Shown one piece after another: positions 35,243 to 44,531 of a DNA stretch of 46,392 bases. The DNA comes from Planctomycetota bacterium. Its GTDB lineage: Bacteria > Planctomycetota > Planctomycetia > Pirellulales > Pirellulaceae. Made by a program: the position numbers and the translations under genes. The stretch is taken from positions 1 through 46,392 of the forward strand of contig JANMEB010000718.1 of assembly GCA_031376585.1 (NCBI GenBank). The letters are read 5' to 3'. The notes below the pieces were generated by a model. That model was not told the DNA's origin. It ran no database searches and saw nothing but the letters and a program-made list of their open reading frames with translations. Positions within the stretch are counted from its first letter, which is position 1, and each line of letters opens with the position of its first letter.

Positions 35243-36466
35243 CTAGGCCAGTGAGCGGGAAGGGGCGTTGACGCCGCAGACGTCGGCGATGGCGCGACAG
35301 AGACGGTCGACGTTGTCGGGGCGGACGCCCGCGATGTTGATCCGGCCGTTGGTTAGCGCGTAGATGGAATATTTCTCACGTAGCTTCTGAATTTGCGGCG
35401 CGGTCAGCCCTGAGTAGCTGAACATGCCCCGTTGCGATTGCACAAATCCAAAATCCAATTGCGGGGCAGTTTCGCGCAATGCTTCAAATAGTAGTTCGCG
35501 CAGTTGTTCTAGTCGCACTCGCATCGCGTTGACCTCGGACACCCAAGTCGCACGCAAATCGGCGCTTCCAAGCACCATGGCCGCCAATTGCGCGCCGTGC
35601 CGCACCGGATTCGAATAGCTGCACCGAGCGTGGAGTTTCAAATGACTTAGCAAAGTCGCAGCCTTTGATTCGGCGTCAACTACCACGGTGCAACCGCCGA
35701 CTCGTTCCCCGTACAGCCCCATGTTCTTTGAAAACGAATTGCAAATAAACAACGGCAAGTTACTTTCACAGAACAAAGCGATCGGCCAAGCATCGTGTTC
35801 GATTGATTCGCCGAGACCCTGATAGGCAAAATCAAAAACCGTAATCAATCGTCGTTTGGCGACTAGTTCTGCAAGCTCTTCCCAATGTGGGCGGCTCAAA
35901 TCAAAGCCCGTTGGGTTATGGCAGACGGCGTGTACCAAAAAAGCGGAGCCTTCCGGAATCTGTTGAAGGTCACCCATCATGCTCGAGAAATCCAAGCCTT
36001 TTCCTTGTGCGTCCAAATATCGATAAGGTTGCGGATTCAATCCAGCAGCGCGAAAGATTCCCAAGTGATTAGGCCACGTCGGATTGCTGTGCCAGATATT
36101 CGAATGATTGAGCGACTTGGCGAGCAAGTCAGCCGTCAAACGAAGCGCGCCCGTCCCGCCGAGCGTTTGCAATGTGGCGCTGCTGCGGGATTTGATAACT
36201 CGGCTATTCGCGCCCAAGACCAAATCGGCGATGGCGCGATTGTATTCAGCCAAGCCATCCATCGATAAATAATCTTTGGTTGTCTCCGTCTTCAATAGAC
36301 GCTGCTCGGCCGCGTGAACGCTACGCATAATCGGCGTGTGGCCATGCTCGTCTTGATAGACGCCGACCGTCAAGTTGATCTTGTCGGGATTGGGGTCGCG
36401 CAAGAACTGCTCGTTTAGGCCAAAGATCGAATCGGCAGGGGCGGGTTCCAATTTGTCGAACATCAT
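35243..36466 (-). CDS. Aspartate/aromatic amino acid aminotransferase (class I, AspC/TyrB type)
   Basis: It has SFSKNMGLYGERVG (PLP Lys), CHNPTG and GRINIAG motifs. Confidence 0.9.
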   Translation of the reverse strand: MMFDKLEPAPADSIFGLNEQFLRDPNPDKINLTVGVYQDEHGHTPIMRSVHAAEQRLLKTETTKDYLSMDGLAEYNRAIADLVLGANSRVIKSRSSATLQTLGGTGALRLTADLLAKSLNHSNIWHSNPTWPNHLGIFRAAGLNPQPYRYLDAQGKGLDFSSMMGDLQQIPEGSAFLVHAVCHNPTGFDLSRPHWEELAELVAKRRLITVFDFAYQGLGESIEHDAWPIALFCESNLPLFICNSFSKNMGLYGERVGGCTVVVDAESKAATLLSHLKLHARCSYSNPVRHGAQLAAMVLGSADLRATWVSEVNAMRVRLEQLRELLFEALRETAPQLDFGFVQSQRGMFSYSGLTAPQIQKLREKYSIYALTNGRINIAGVRPDNVDRLCRAIADVCGVNAPSRSLA

Positions 36467-36684
36467 TTTTACTCAAATGCGCGAAGAAATGTCGGCATTA
36501 ACTATACACTTTCCGACCAGTTTCGGTTTGCTCCCTTGACGCACGAAAAAACGTCGTGCGAGAATCAATGTAGTCCGCGCTGGAGTACGTCGGTAGCCCC
36601 CGCCCGGACAACGCGAACTTGGCTTCTGCGTTGGGATTATCGTCGCATTCGATTTGGCGTTGATGCAAACGCAGAAAGTCACTT

Positions 36685-37890
36685 ATGGCAAAGGGTCAAA
36701 TTGGACTTTGGTTGATTGGGGCACAGGGAGGCGTCGCAACAACGGTTGCAGTTGGGCTATCGGCACTGCGGCGAAAACACTGTGATACTTGGGGCTTGGT
36801 GAGCGAATTGCCCAAGTTCTCGCGGTTGGACCTTGCAACCTGGGACACAATCGTTCTTGGCGGACATGAAATTCGCCAAACGTCATTCGTCGACGAAGCA
36901 CGCGAAATGCAAACGGTTAATCGCGTCTTCGACTCTCGGTTGCTTGCCGCTGTGGACGAAGATTTGCGAGCGCTCGATCGCAATGTTCAGCCGGGCATCT
37001 TGTTCAAGTCGGGGAACGCAATCGAGTCCGTCGCGTCGCCAGCGTTCGCGAAGTTCGGCACAACGCCTCGACAAGCGATCAACTTGATCAAAAACGACTT
37101 GGCTGCGTTTGCCGACTCGAACCACTTGGCTCGGGTTGTCGTTATCAACGTCGCGTCGACTGAACCCACGGTCGACCTGACTCAGTTTCCGGCAACGTGG
37201 GATGATTTGGAACGTGAACTGACGGATTCGGCTTGCGCTCTGCCTTGCAGTAGCCTTTACGCAATCGCAGCGATGGAATTATCGATGGGTTTCGTCAACT
37301 TTACGCCATCGACCGGGAGTGATTTGCCAGCCATCGAAGATCTGGCGATTCAAAAGCGAGTCTGCCACATGGGCCGCGACGGCAAGACCGGAGAGACCTT
37401 GCTCAAAAGTGTTTTGGCACCAATGTTCGCGGATCGAAATCTCGAAGTCATGAGCTGGGTCGGACACAATATCATTGGCAACCTCGATGGCAAGATTTTA
37501 GACGACCCCGCCAACAAAAAATCTAAGATTGTCAGCAAGGATCGCTTGCTCAAACAAATTCTCGAGTACGATCCTCAGACGCTGGTGACAATTGAATACA
37601 TCCGAAGTATTGGCGATTGGAAAACGGCTTGGGATCACATTCATTTTCGCGGCTTTTTGTCGACGCCGATGACGATGCAATTTACTTGGCAAGGTTGTGA
37701 TTCGCTGCTGGCAGCCCCGTTGGTACTGGATTTATTTCGGTTTTCCGAATTGGCGTCGCGCATGAAAATCGTCGGTCTAATGCCGTGGCTGGCGTGTTTC
37801 TTTAAATCCCCGATGTCCGTTCCGGAACACAATTTTCAATTACAATTTCAAATGCTTGAGGATTGGGCGCGGCAATGCGAAAGCCGATGA
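36685..37890 (+). CDS. ino1: myo-inositol-1-phosphate (inositol-3-phosphate) synthase
   Basis: It has IGAQGGVATT (Rossmann), VVINVASTE, FVNFTPS and GRDGKTGETLLKSVLAPMF...SWVGHNIIGNLDG, typical of bacterial/archaeal MIPS. Confidence 0.8.
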   Translation: MAKGQIGLWLIGAQGGVATTVAVGLSALRRKHCDTWGLVSELPKFSRLDLATWDTIVLGGHEIRQTSFVDEAREMQTVNRVFDSRLLAAVDEDLRALDRNVQPGILFKSGNAIESVASPAFAKFGTTPRQAINLIKNDLAAFADSNHLARVVVINVASTEPTVDLTQFPATWDDLERELTDSACALPCSSLYAIAAMELSMGFVNFTPSTGSDLPAIEDLAIQKRVCHMGRDGKTGETLLKSVLAPMFADRNLEVMSWVGHNIIGNLDGKILDDPANKKSKIVSKDRLLKQILEYDPQTLVTIEYIRSIGDWKTAWDHIHFRGFLSTPMTMQFTWQGCDSLLAAPLVLDLFRFSELASRMKIVGLMPWLACFFKSPMSVPEHNFQLQFQMLEDWARQCESR

Positions 37891-37902
37891 TTCGGCGGTG
37901 CT

Positions 37903-38030
37903 ATGCCTCGCGCGGCCGTTCAAGAGCCGTTTTGTATAACCCGGAGCCAACGGCGACGGCCCTGAAGCCGCGATGTTGCCGTCGCCATTGGCTCCGGGTT
38001 AAACGACGCTTCGTCGGCCGTGCGAGGAAT
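37903..38030. repeat. REP/MITE-like nested palindromic element, copy B (best preserved)
   Basis: The inner arms are TAACCCGGAGCCAACGGCGACGGC (37937-37960) and GCCGTCGCCATTGGCTCCGGGTTA (37978-38001), complementary at 23/24 positions around a 17-nt loop. The outer arms are ATGCCTCGCGCGGCCG and CGGCCGTGCGAGGAAT (14/16). Confidence 0.9.
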
Positions 38031-38170
38031 AACTTTAGAGTGGAGTCCCTGCGGTGCGGCCAAAGCTGATGGCAAAACGGTGCTTGCGAGATCAAGTCCT
38101 GGCAAGAAATTCAATCGTTAGGTAACTTTAGAATGAACCCCATTAAATAACTTTTGTGAGAGACCCAACC

Positions 38171-39001
38171 ATGTTCCGATCCATCGGCTATTCAGTTTCC
38201 GCCTCGCTTTGTTTGTGGTCTTCGCTGGCTGCTCAAGATGCACCGCCCGTTCAAATTGAACAGCGCGCGGCCGTGATCGTGCAAGCGCAGACCGACGACA
38301 ACGGCCAACAAGTTCAGACGATCGAAATGGCCACGTCGGATGGCGGGAATTTTTTTACGTTCTCGACCGAGGGGAGCGCAATGCCCTTCATGCTTGGCGG
38401 CGGTAACCCAATGGAAGCCTCGGAGATGCTGCTGAATGATCCAGGACTTCAAAAGGAATTGGAACTGGTCGACTCTCAGCGCGAGCAGATTCAACAGATG
38501 AAGCAGGAATTTGGCAAAGAAATTAAATCGAAAATCGACGAGATCATGAAGGCCCCCGACTCGGACAAGGGAAAAATTGGCGAAGCGATGCACGAGATCG
38601 AAAAGCGAAAAAAAGATCGGCTGGCTGAAATTCTGCTTCCACACCAAATTGACCGACTTAAACAAGTGTCGTTTCAGGCAAGCGTTAACCAAGGCGGCAT
38701 GAGGCAAGCTTTACTTTCCAAAGCCGTCATGGAGCAATTGGGAATTGACGAGAAACAAAAGGATGAGTTGGCAAAAAAGGCCGAAGAGTTGACGAAAGAG
38801 TTCGAGGGAAAGGTCGCGAAGCTCAAAGCCGATTTGCGAGACGAACTCGTGAATGAACTTAAGCCCGAACAGCGCGAGAAAATGAAACAATTGATGGGTT
38901 CGAATTTCGAATTTGAGAATCAGTCGGGCCCGAGGATGCTGGGCCCAGGCATGCGGCGAAGCTCATCACGTTCAGCAAAGCCCGATAACGGCAACAACTA
39001 A
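38171..39001 (+). CDS. Secreted coiled-coil protein with LTXXQ/Spy-like repeats
   Basis: It has a signal peptide (MFRSIGYSVSASLCLWSSLAAQD) and repeated L-x3-Q helical motifs (LLPHQIDRLKQ, LKPEQREKMKQL). Confidence 0.7.
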   Translation: MFRSIGYSVSASLCLWSSLAAQDAPPVQIEQRAAVIVQAQTDDNGQQVQTIEMATSDGGNFFTFSTEGSAMPFMLGGGNPMEASEMLLNDPGLQKELELVDSQREQIQQMKQEFGKEIKSKIDEIMKAPDSDKGKIGEAMHEIEKRKKDRLAEILLPHQIDRLKQVSFQASVNQGGMRQALLSKAVMEQLGIDEKQKDELAKKAEELTKEFEGKVAKLKADLRDELVNELKPEQREKMKQLMGSNFEFENQSGPRMLGPGMRRSSSRSAKPDNGNN

Positions 39002-39088
39002 TGCCGATTTTAGACAAACGGTCCAGAAACTTTGAAACGCTGGTGGTCGATTCCATCAGCGTTTTTTATTTCGACGCACAATCACCGA

Positions 39089-39787
39089 TTAAGGATTTGC
39101 GTTATCCGGATGGACGATCGCCCGCAGATACTCAGAAAGCCGTGACTGAATATCGAGCAAATATTGCCATTGTCGCAAGTCGAGTTGATACCACTGACTG
39201 CGGGCATCGCCTTCGACTTGATTGATCAAGTTTCGCAGGCGCATGTGAAGATACTCGAGTACTTCGGACATCTGTGCGGCTTGCGCGGGGCTTAGCCGGA
39301 TCGGCAACTCGGGCGGTGCCAACTCAAGCAGGTCCAATTGGTAATTTGAGTTGTCTTTCCATTGCGCAGGCAAAGCCACTGGGCTGTTATCGGGGCGCTG
39401 GCGATCCTGAGGCGGAGAATCCGGACGCTTCCGATCGTGCTGCGGAATGGTGCGAGGTTGATCTTGCAATGGTCCCAACCGGCGATTGATTTCTTCCCGC
39501 GTTCCATACAACAGCGTGCTGCGGCCAATCGAAAGTACGTCACCGTGCCGTAGGATTCGGAGATGGGTATCTTCGCCGTTGATTTTGGTTCCGTTGGTGC
39601 TTTCCAAATCGGTGAGGACCAACTGCCCTTGGTCGTATTGAATTCGCACGTGAAAGCGGCTGACGCGCTCGTCGTTCAATTGAATCGAGTTTCCTTCCTC
39701 GCGGCCTACGGTCACAGGAACGCTCAGGTTCTTGTAGACTCGACCGCGATCGGCACCTTCGACAACTCGAATCGTGATCTGTTGCAT
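39089..39787 (-). CDS. FHA-domain protein
   Basis: It has an N-terminal FHA signature (VTVGREEGNSIQLNDERVSRFHVRI...LTDLESTNGTKINGE), a Pro/Arg-rich linker and a helical C-terminus. Confidence 0.88.
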   Translation of the reverse strand: MQQITIRVVEGADRGRVYKNLSVPVTVGREEGNSIQLNDERVSRFHVRIQYDQGQLVLTDLESTNGTKINGEDTHLRILRHGDVLSIGRSTLLYGTREEINRRLGPLQDQPRTIPQHDRKRPDSPPQDRQRPDNSPVALPAQWKDNSNYQLDLLELAPPELPIRLSPAQAAQMSEVLEYLHMRLRNLINQVEGDARSQWYQLDLRQWQYLLDIQSRLSEYLRAIVHPDNANP

Positions 39788-40049
39788 GGATCGAACTGCC
39801 GGGAATCGCTTGCGAGCGACTTCACAATTGCCGCTTTGGACTGCATCAATATTATCACGAATTCGAGTTGGTAACGTGCAGACTAGTTGGAAAAGTTGCC
39901 CAAAATGTTGTTCGACTATGAGAATGCCGCGAAATTTGGCGGATGATTTTAGGCGTAGGGAATCGTCGCGACTTGCGATTTGAGGTCAATTCGAATAGAT
40001 TTTCCAGCGGATTTAGTCGGTGCGATCCCTTTTCATGATTTTAGCAAAT

Positions 40050-40123
<74 letters not shown>

Positions 40124-40233
40124 CTTTTTGGCTTGCGCTGTTGAACGGTGCAAGATGATTTGTTAATCGCCCAATAATAGCCGCTTGGAAGGGCGCGGCC
40201 AATTTGTTGGCAATGGCTACGTAGGGAGCAAAC

Positions 40234-40821
40234 ATGGAATATCCCATCGACATGCGCTTCAAGATTCTTGCGATCGCGCCGCAGATTGAGGTCAAGGATG
40301 CCAAAGGCGAATCGGTCTGCTATGTCCAGCAGAAAATATTCAAATTAAAAGAAGCCGTTAGTGTTTTTTTGGACAAGTCGAAAAGTCAGCAATTGTGCGA
40401 AATCAAAGCCGATCGGATTATCGATTTCTCAGCCAGCTATCACTTCTACGACGCGCAAGGCGATTGTTTCGGAGGCGTTCGACGAAAAGGCATGCGCTCG
40501 ATTTGGTCCGCACATTACGAAGTCATCGATGAAGCGAATCAACTGGCCGCAACCATTCAGGAAGAAAATCCAATGGCCAAAGTTTTTGATTCGCTGTTAG
40601 GCGAGGTGCCCCTCGTAGATATGTTGTCGGGTTACGTTTTCAATCCGCGCTATGTGCTCAAGGACGCTTCGGGCCAGCCGGCAATGCGATTGAAGAAGCA
40701 ACCCGCAATGCTTGAGGGTAAGTATCTATTGGAGAAATTACAGCCGATCGACCCGGTACATGAACTGCGCTGTATCATGTCATTTCTTATGATGACGCTT
40801 TTGGAACGACGGCGCGGTTAA
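40234..40821 (+). CDS. LURP-one-related / tubby C-terminal-like (DUF567-type) hypothetical protein
   Basis: 195 aa, with a repetitive beta-strand pattern and a central hydrophobic helix typical of the LOR/scramblase-like fold. GGGAG lies 5 nt upstream of ATG. The family call is tentative. Confidence 0.55.
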   Translation: MEYPIDMRFKILAIAPQIEVKDAKGESVCYVQQKIFKLKEAVSVFLDKSKSQQLCEIKADRIIDFSASYHFYDAQGDCFGGVRRKGMRSIWSAHYEVIDEANQLAATIQEENPMAKVFDSLLGEVPLVDMLSGYVFNPRYVLKDASGQPAMRLKKQPAMLEGKYLLEKLQPIDPVHELRCIMSFLMMTLLERRRG

Positions 40822-40837
40822 CTTCGGGTGCGGTGCG

Positions 40838-41623
40838 TTAATTTGCCGAAGCGGCATTGGTCGAGCAACGCTGCGCGGGCAGACTCGCAATAATCCGGCC
40901 GTGATTCATTAACTCCAACGATCCGTCGAATTGTTCAATCAATGCCGATGCGTTTTCCAGCCAATCGCCCGTGTTGATGTACACGATCGAACCCTCTCGT
41001 CGTATTTGGGGAAAGTGTACATGTCCGCATACAATTCCGTCGACCCTTCGATCGTGTGCCGCCCGAATTAGCTTGCGTTGAAAGCGGCCAAACGCTCCCA
41101 GCATTTGTTTTGACGTACGCTTGATCCAAAAAGAAAAATAGACAGGGCGACGGCGACACTTGCGCAAGACAAAATTCAGCGCCAAGTTGACGTCGATGAC
41201 GCGATTGAACGCGAAACTTCCGACGCGCGAAAGCCACTTCCAATGGCGCTCGATCGAATCAAACAGATCACCGTGGACCACTAGCAAGTGTCGATGATCG
41301 GCCGTTTCATGAATGAACTCATCCGCGATGGCAACCCCGGAAATTTTTGGCAGCGAATGCCGCAAAAAAGAATCGTGATTTCCAGGCGTGTATCGAATCA
41401 TGGTTCCGCGAGACTGGATTTCGATCAACCGATCAATGATGCCAGTGTACGACGGGGGCCAATGCCAATTCCATCGCAAGCACCAAGCGTCGATAAAATC
41501 GCCAACCAAATACAAATAATCCGGCTGAAATTCCTTCAAGAATGCGAGTAACTCGTCGCCACGAGCGAGTTTTTGGCCCAAGTGAGAATCGCTAAGAAAA
41601 ATCGAGCGTACCGAAACGGTCAT
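40838..41623 (-). CDS. LpxH-family calcineurin-like metallophosphoesterase (putative UDP-2,3-diacylglucosamine diphosphatase)
   Basis: It has the motifs FLSDSHLG, LYLVGDFIDAW (compare E. coli LpxH LYILGDLFEAW), GNHD, VVHGD and CGHVH. Confidence 0.7.
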   Translation of the reverse strand: MTVSVRSIFLSDSHLGQKLARGDELLAFLKEFQPDYLYLVGDFIDAWCLRWNWHWPPSYTGIIDRLIEIQSRGTMIRYTPGNHDSFLRHSLPKISGVAIADEFIHETADHRHLLVVHGDLFDSIERHWKWLSRVGSFAFNRVIDVNLALNFVLRKCRRRPVYFSFWIKRTSKQMLGAFGRFQRKLIRAAHDRRVDGIVCGHVHFPQIRREGSIVYINTGDWLENASALIEQFDGSLELMNHGRIIASLPAQRCSTNAASAN

Positions 41624-41681
41624 TTGTTATATGCTTAGTGGATTGCAACGTGATTGGTTCCGCACCATTCGGATGGCAGTC

Positions 41682-42704
41682 CTAACCGGTCACGGCGTGC
41701 GGCGCATTTGGAGCCAAGTTTTCTTCTAGTTGTTGGCGCACATGCGACAAGACTTGAAAGCTGACTGATTCGTAATTTCCTTTGATGAAAGCGCCCGCCG
41801 CAGCTTTATGGCCGCCGCCGCCAAATCTTGCCGCCACGTCGTTGCATGACAAAGCGCAGCGACTACGGAAACTGATCTTAAAGCCACCGGTTGCTTGTTC
41901 GATCATGATCACCGCGAATAATGTTCCGTTAATTTCAAGAGCTTGATTGATTAGGTCTTCGGTGTCGCTGGGAAGCGCTCCTGAATTCGTAAAGTCTTCC
42001 TTCAAAATATGCGTATAAACGAACCGCCCGTCCAACTCGGTCACGACCCGCGACAAGACGAAACCGCGCAATCGCACGCGGCCCACCGATTCATGCTCGT
42101 ACAAATCGCCATAAATCCGCGCTGGTGACGCGCCGGCATCGACAAGCCGTGCGGCCAACTGATAAGTGGCTTGGGTGGTCGAACCAAACCGAAACCAACC
42201 AGTGTCTGTTGCCAAAGCGGCAAACAAGGCAGATGCGGCATTCGTCGAAAGCGGCACGCCCAGATGATCGGCCGCTTCAACGACCAATCGTCCGGTTGCT
42301 TCTGCAGCGGTGTTCTTGAACGCTATTGCCCCCAGATCATCTTGGCTCACATGATGATCCAAGATAATTTTCTTCGCCGTCGTGCTTTCTAAAAAAGGTC
42401 GCATCGGTGCCAACTGAGCCCAGGCACTGGTATCCAAAATGATGACAAGTTGCGCATCGGCCATCTGTTCGGCCGTGATTCCTTCGCCGATCACCATGAT
42501 TTCTTGCCGCGTATCGATGAATTTCAAGTTCGGCGGCGTGGCTTGGCCGTTGACGATACGAACTCGTTTTCCCATCTCGCGCAGCACGTCGGCCATGCCC
42601 AATTCGCTTCCCAGGGCGTCACAGTCCGGTCGAATGTGGCTGGTCAAAACAACGTCGTCGGCGGCGCGGATGACTTGGCAGAACTTATTCCAATCAATGC
42701 TCAT
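41682..42704 (-). CDS. nrnA: DHH/DHHA1 phosphoesterase (NrnA-type oligoribonuclease / pAp phosphatase)
   Basis: It has the H.RPDCDALGS, DHH and GGGGHKAAAG motifs. Its ATG overlaps the ribF stop (ATGA). Confidence 0.85.
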   Translation of the reverse strand: MSIDWNKFCQVIRAADDVVLTSHIRPDCDALGSELGMADVLREMGKRVRIVNGQATPPNLKFIDTRQEIMVIGEGITAEQMADAQLVIILDTSAWAQLAPMRPFLESTTAKKIILDHHVSQDDLGAIAFKNTAAEATGRLVVEAADHLGVPLSTNAASALFAALATDTGWFRFGSTTQATYQLAARLVDAGASPARIYGDLYEHESVGRVRLRGFVLSRVVTELDGRFVYTHILKEDFTNSGALPSDTEDLINQALEINGTLFAVIMIEQATGGFKISFRSRCALSCNDVAARFGGGGHKAAAGAFIKGNYESVSFQVLSHVRQQLEENLAPNAPHAVTG

Positions 42705-43654
42705 AGGATGGCCTCGTGCGAATTATCTAGTTCATCTTGCGCAATTTTTCGGGTTTGCATGACGTCGTTTTGCACCTGAGTTTGCAACGCAGCAACGGAT
42801 TCGAATCGACGAATATCACGCAAACGCCGCACAAAATCAACCTCTAGGATTTGGCCATAGAGCGAACCGCCAAAATCCAAAACGTGAATTTCCACTTTGG
42901 GAAGTCGTTCGCCGAAGGTCGGATTCGGGCCGACGTGAATCGCCGCCCAATGTGCGCGTTGATCGAGGTGGGCTCGACCCGCATAGACGCCAAAGCCCGG
43001 GACAAGCGTGTCGATCGCTTCCAAATTGGCTGTCGGAAAACCCAACTCGCCACCACGGGCTTCGCCGTGCGTTACCATTCCGCGAATTCGATAGGGGTGG
43101 GTGAGCATTTCTGCGGCTGCATCCACGTTTCCATTTCGGACTAACTCGCGGACGCGGCTACTGGAAATGAAAGCGTCGCCCAGAATCATTGGTTCGACGA
43201 TGCTCAATTGAATTTCGCGATTGCGACAGAGGACCTCAAGCTGATCGATTGTGCCTTGTCGGTTGCGGCCAAAGCAAAAATTGGGACCTTCGACGATTGC
43301 TTTGGCTCCGATTTGTTGACACACGACACGCTCAAAAAATTGGTCATAGGTCAACTCCAATAATTTTCGATCAGTCGGGTACGCAACAATAACATCCACA
43401 CCGACTTCAGCCAACAAGTCGGCTTTTCGGTCGATCCACGTCAAGGGAACCGGTGCCATTTCCGGTCGCAAAATACGCACGGGGTGCGGATCAAACGTGA
43501 ACACAATGGCCGGGCCACCAAGTGAAATCGACCATTGTTTAAGTTGTCTCAGGATGCGGACGTGGCCTCGATGTACACCGTCAAAATTTCCAATCGTCAG
43601 CGCACCACTGCGCCATCGAGTCGGCAAGTCTTCGATATTTCGAATGAGATCCAC
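42701..43654 (-). CDS. ribF: Bifunctional riboflavin kinase / FAD synthetase
   Basis: It has GNFDGVHRGH, FDPHP, and a C-terminal riboflavin-kinase pattern (GFPTANL...GVY...PTFG...EVHVLDF...LYG). GTG start. Confidence 0.93.
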   Translation of the reverse strand: MDLIRNIEDLPTRWRSGALTIGNFDGVHRGHVRILRQLKQWSISLGGPAIVFTFDPHPVRILRPEMAPVPLTWIDRKADLLAEVGVDVIVAYPTDRKLLELTYDQFFERVVCQQIGAKAIVEGPNFCFGRNRQGTIDQLEVLCRNREIQLSIVEPMILGDAFISSSRVRELVRNGNVDAAAEMLTHPYRIRGMVTHGEARGGELGFPTANLEAIDTLVPGFGVYAGRAHLDQRAHWAAIHVGPNPTFGERLPKVEIHVLDFGGSLYGQILEVDFVRRLRDIRRFESVAALQTQVQNDVMQTRKIAQDELDNSHEAIL

Positions 43655-43681
43655 GTCGTTTGATGGTTAGGAAATATCGGT

Positions 43682-44413
43682 TTAGTCTAGCCGTTTATGT
43701 GTCGGAAACTCGATTGTAAACTGGGTACCTCGGCCGACGTCGCTTTGAACGCTAATGACGCCGGCATGCGCTTCGATGATCTTCTTTGCCATGGGAAGCC
43801 CTAAACCGGTACCGCCGGGCTTGTTGGTGTAAAAAGTGTTAAACATCTTCAGCAATGTTTCGTCGTTCATGCCGCATCCGGTATCAATCAAGTCCAACGC
43901 GATTCCGCGCAGCGTTGGCCTGGTCCGAGCGACGAGTTGGCCCCCGTTGAGCATGGCTTCGAGGGCGTTTTTGACAATGTTGGTTAATGCGGCCTGCATC
44001 ATCTGGGGTGCGAGCATCATGCTGGGCAATTCGTTGTCGAAATAACAGACTATTTCGACGTTTTGGCGTTTGGCTTGTGCTTGAAACAAGTCGAGAACTT
44101 GGCCGACTTGATCGTTCAAATTTCCTGCGCGCAGCGACAATTTGTTGAGCCGGATGAACTTCGTAAAGTCCTTCAGCAGCGTTTCTAACCGAGAACATTG
44201 GCGCTGAACCATTTCGATTCGATCCACCGCGCGGCGAGCTTGGGGTGTCGACATGCTGGCCAAGTCCTCAGCCAACAAGTCCATGTTCATATTGATCACC
44301 GAAAGCGGATTTTTGATTTCGTGTGCCAAAGCGCTAAACAAACCGGTCAATTCGTCGATTTGATTGCGCGATTCGTCGGTTTCAGCTTGTCCATTTAGGT
44401 TGGAGGGGGACAT
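43682..44413 (-). CDS. Soluble histidine kinase core (HisKA + HATPase_c) without a sensor domain
   Basis: It has the H-box LAHEIKNPLSVI, N-box NIVKNALEAM, G1 DTGCG and G2 GTGLGL. Only about 25 residues precede the H-box helix. Confidence 0.88.
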   Translation of the reverse strand: MSPSNLNGQAETDESRNQIDELTGLFSALAHEIKNPLSVINMNMDLLAEDLASMSTPQARRAVDRIEMVQRQCSRLETLLKDFTKFIRLNKLSLRAGNLNDQVGQVLDLFQAQAKRQNVEIVCYFDNELPSMMLAPQMMQAALTNIVKNALEAMLNGGQLVARTRPTLRGIALDLIDTGCGMNDETLLKMFNTFYTNKPGGTGLGLPMAKKIIEAHAGVISVQSDVGRGTQFTIEFPTHKRLD

Positions 44414-44465
44414 AGATTTCTGCCCAAAGCCAATCCTCGGAACCGAGGCAGTGACTAGTTAGCAA

Positions 44466-44495
44466 TGCGTTCCCAGGCAAGCGCCTGGGAACGCA
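44466..44495 (-). terminator. Perfect 13-bp stem hairpin after pnp
   Basis: TGCGTTCCCAGGC-aagc-GCCTGGGAACGCA, lying between the pnp stop (44532) and the kinase start (44413). The U tract is weak. Confidence 0.5.
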
Positions 44496-44531
44496 CTAAA
44501 CGAGCCAATACAACTACTACGGCGATTCTAA

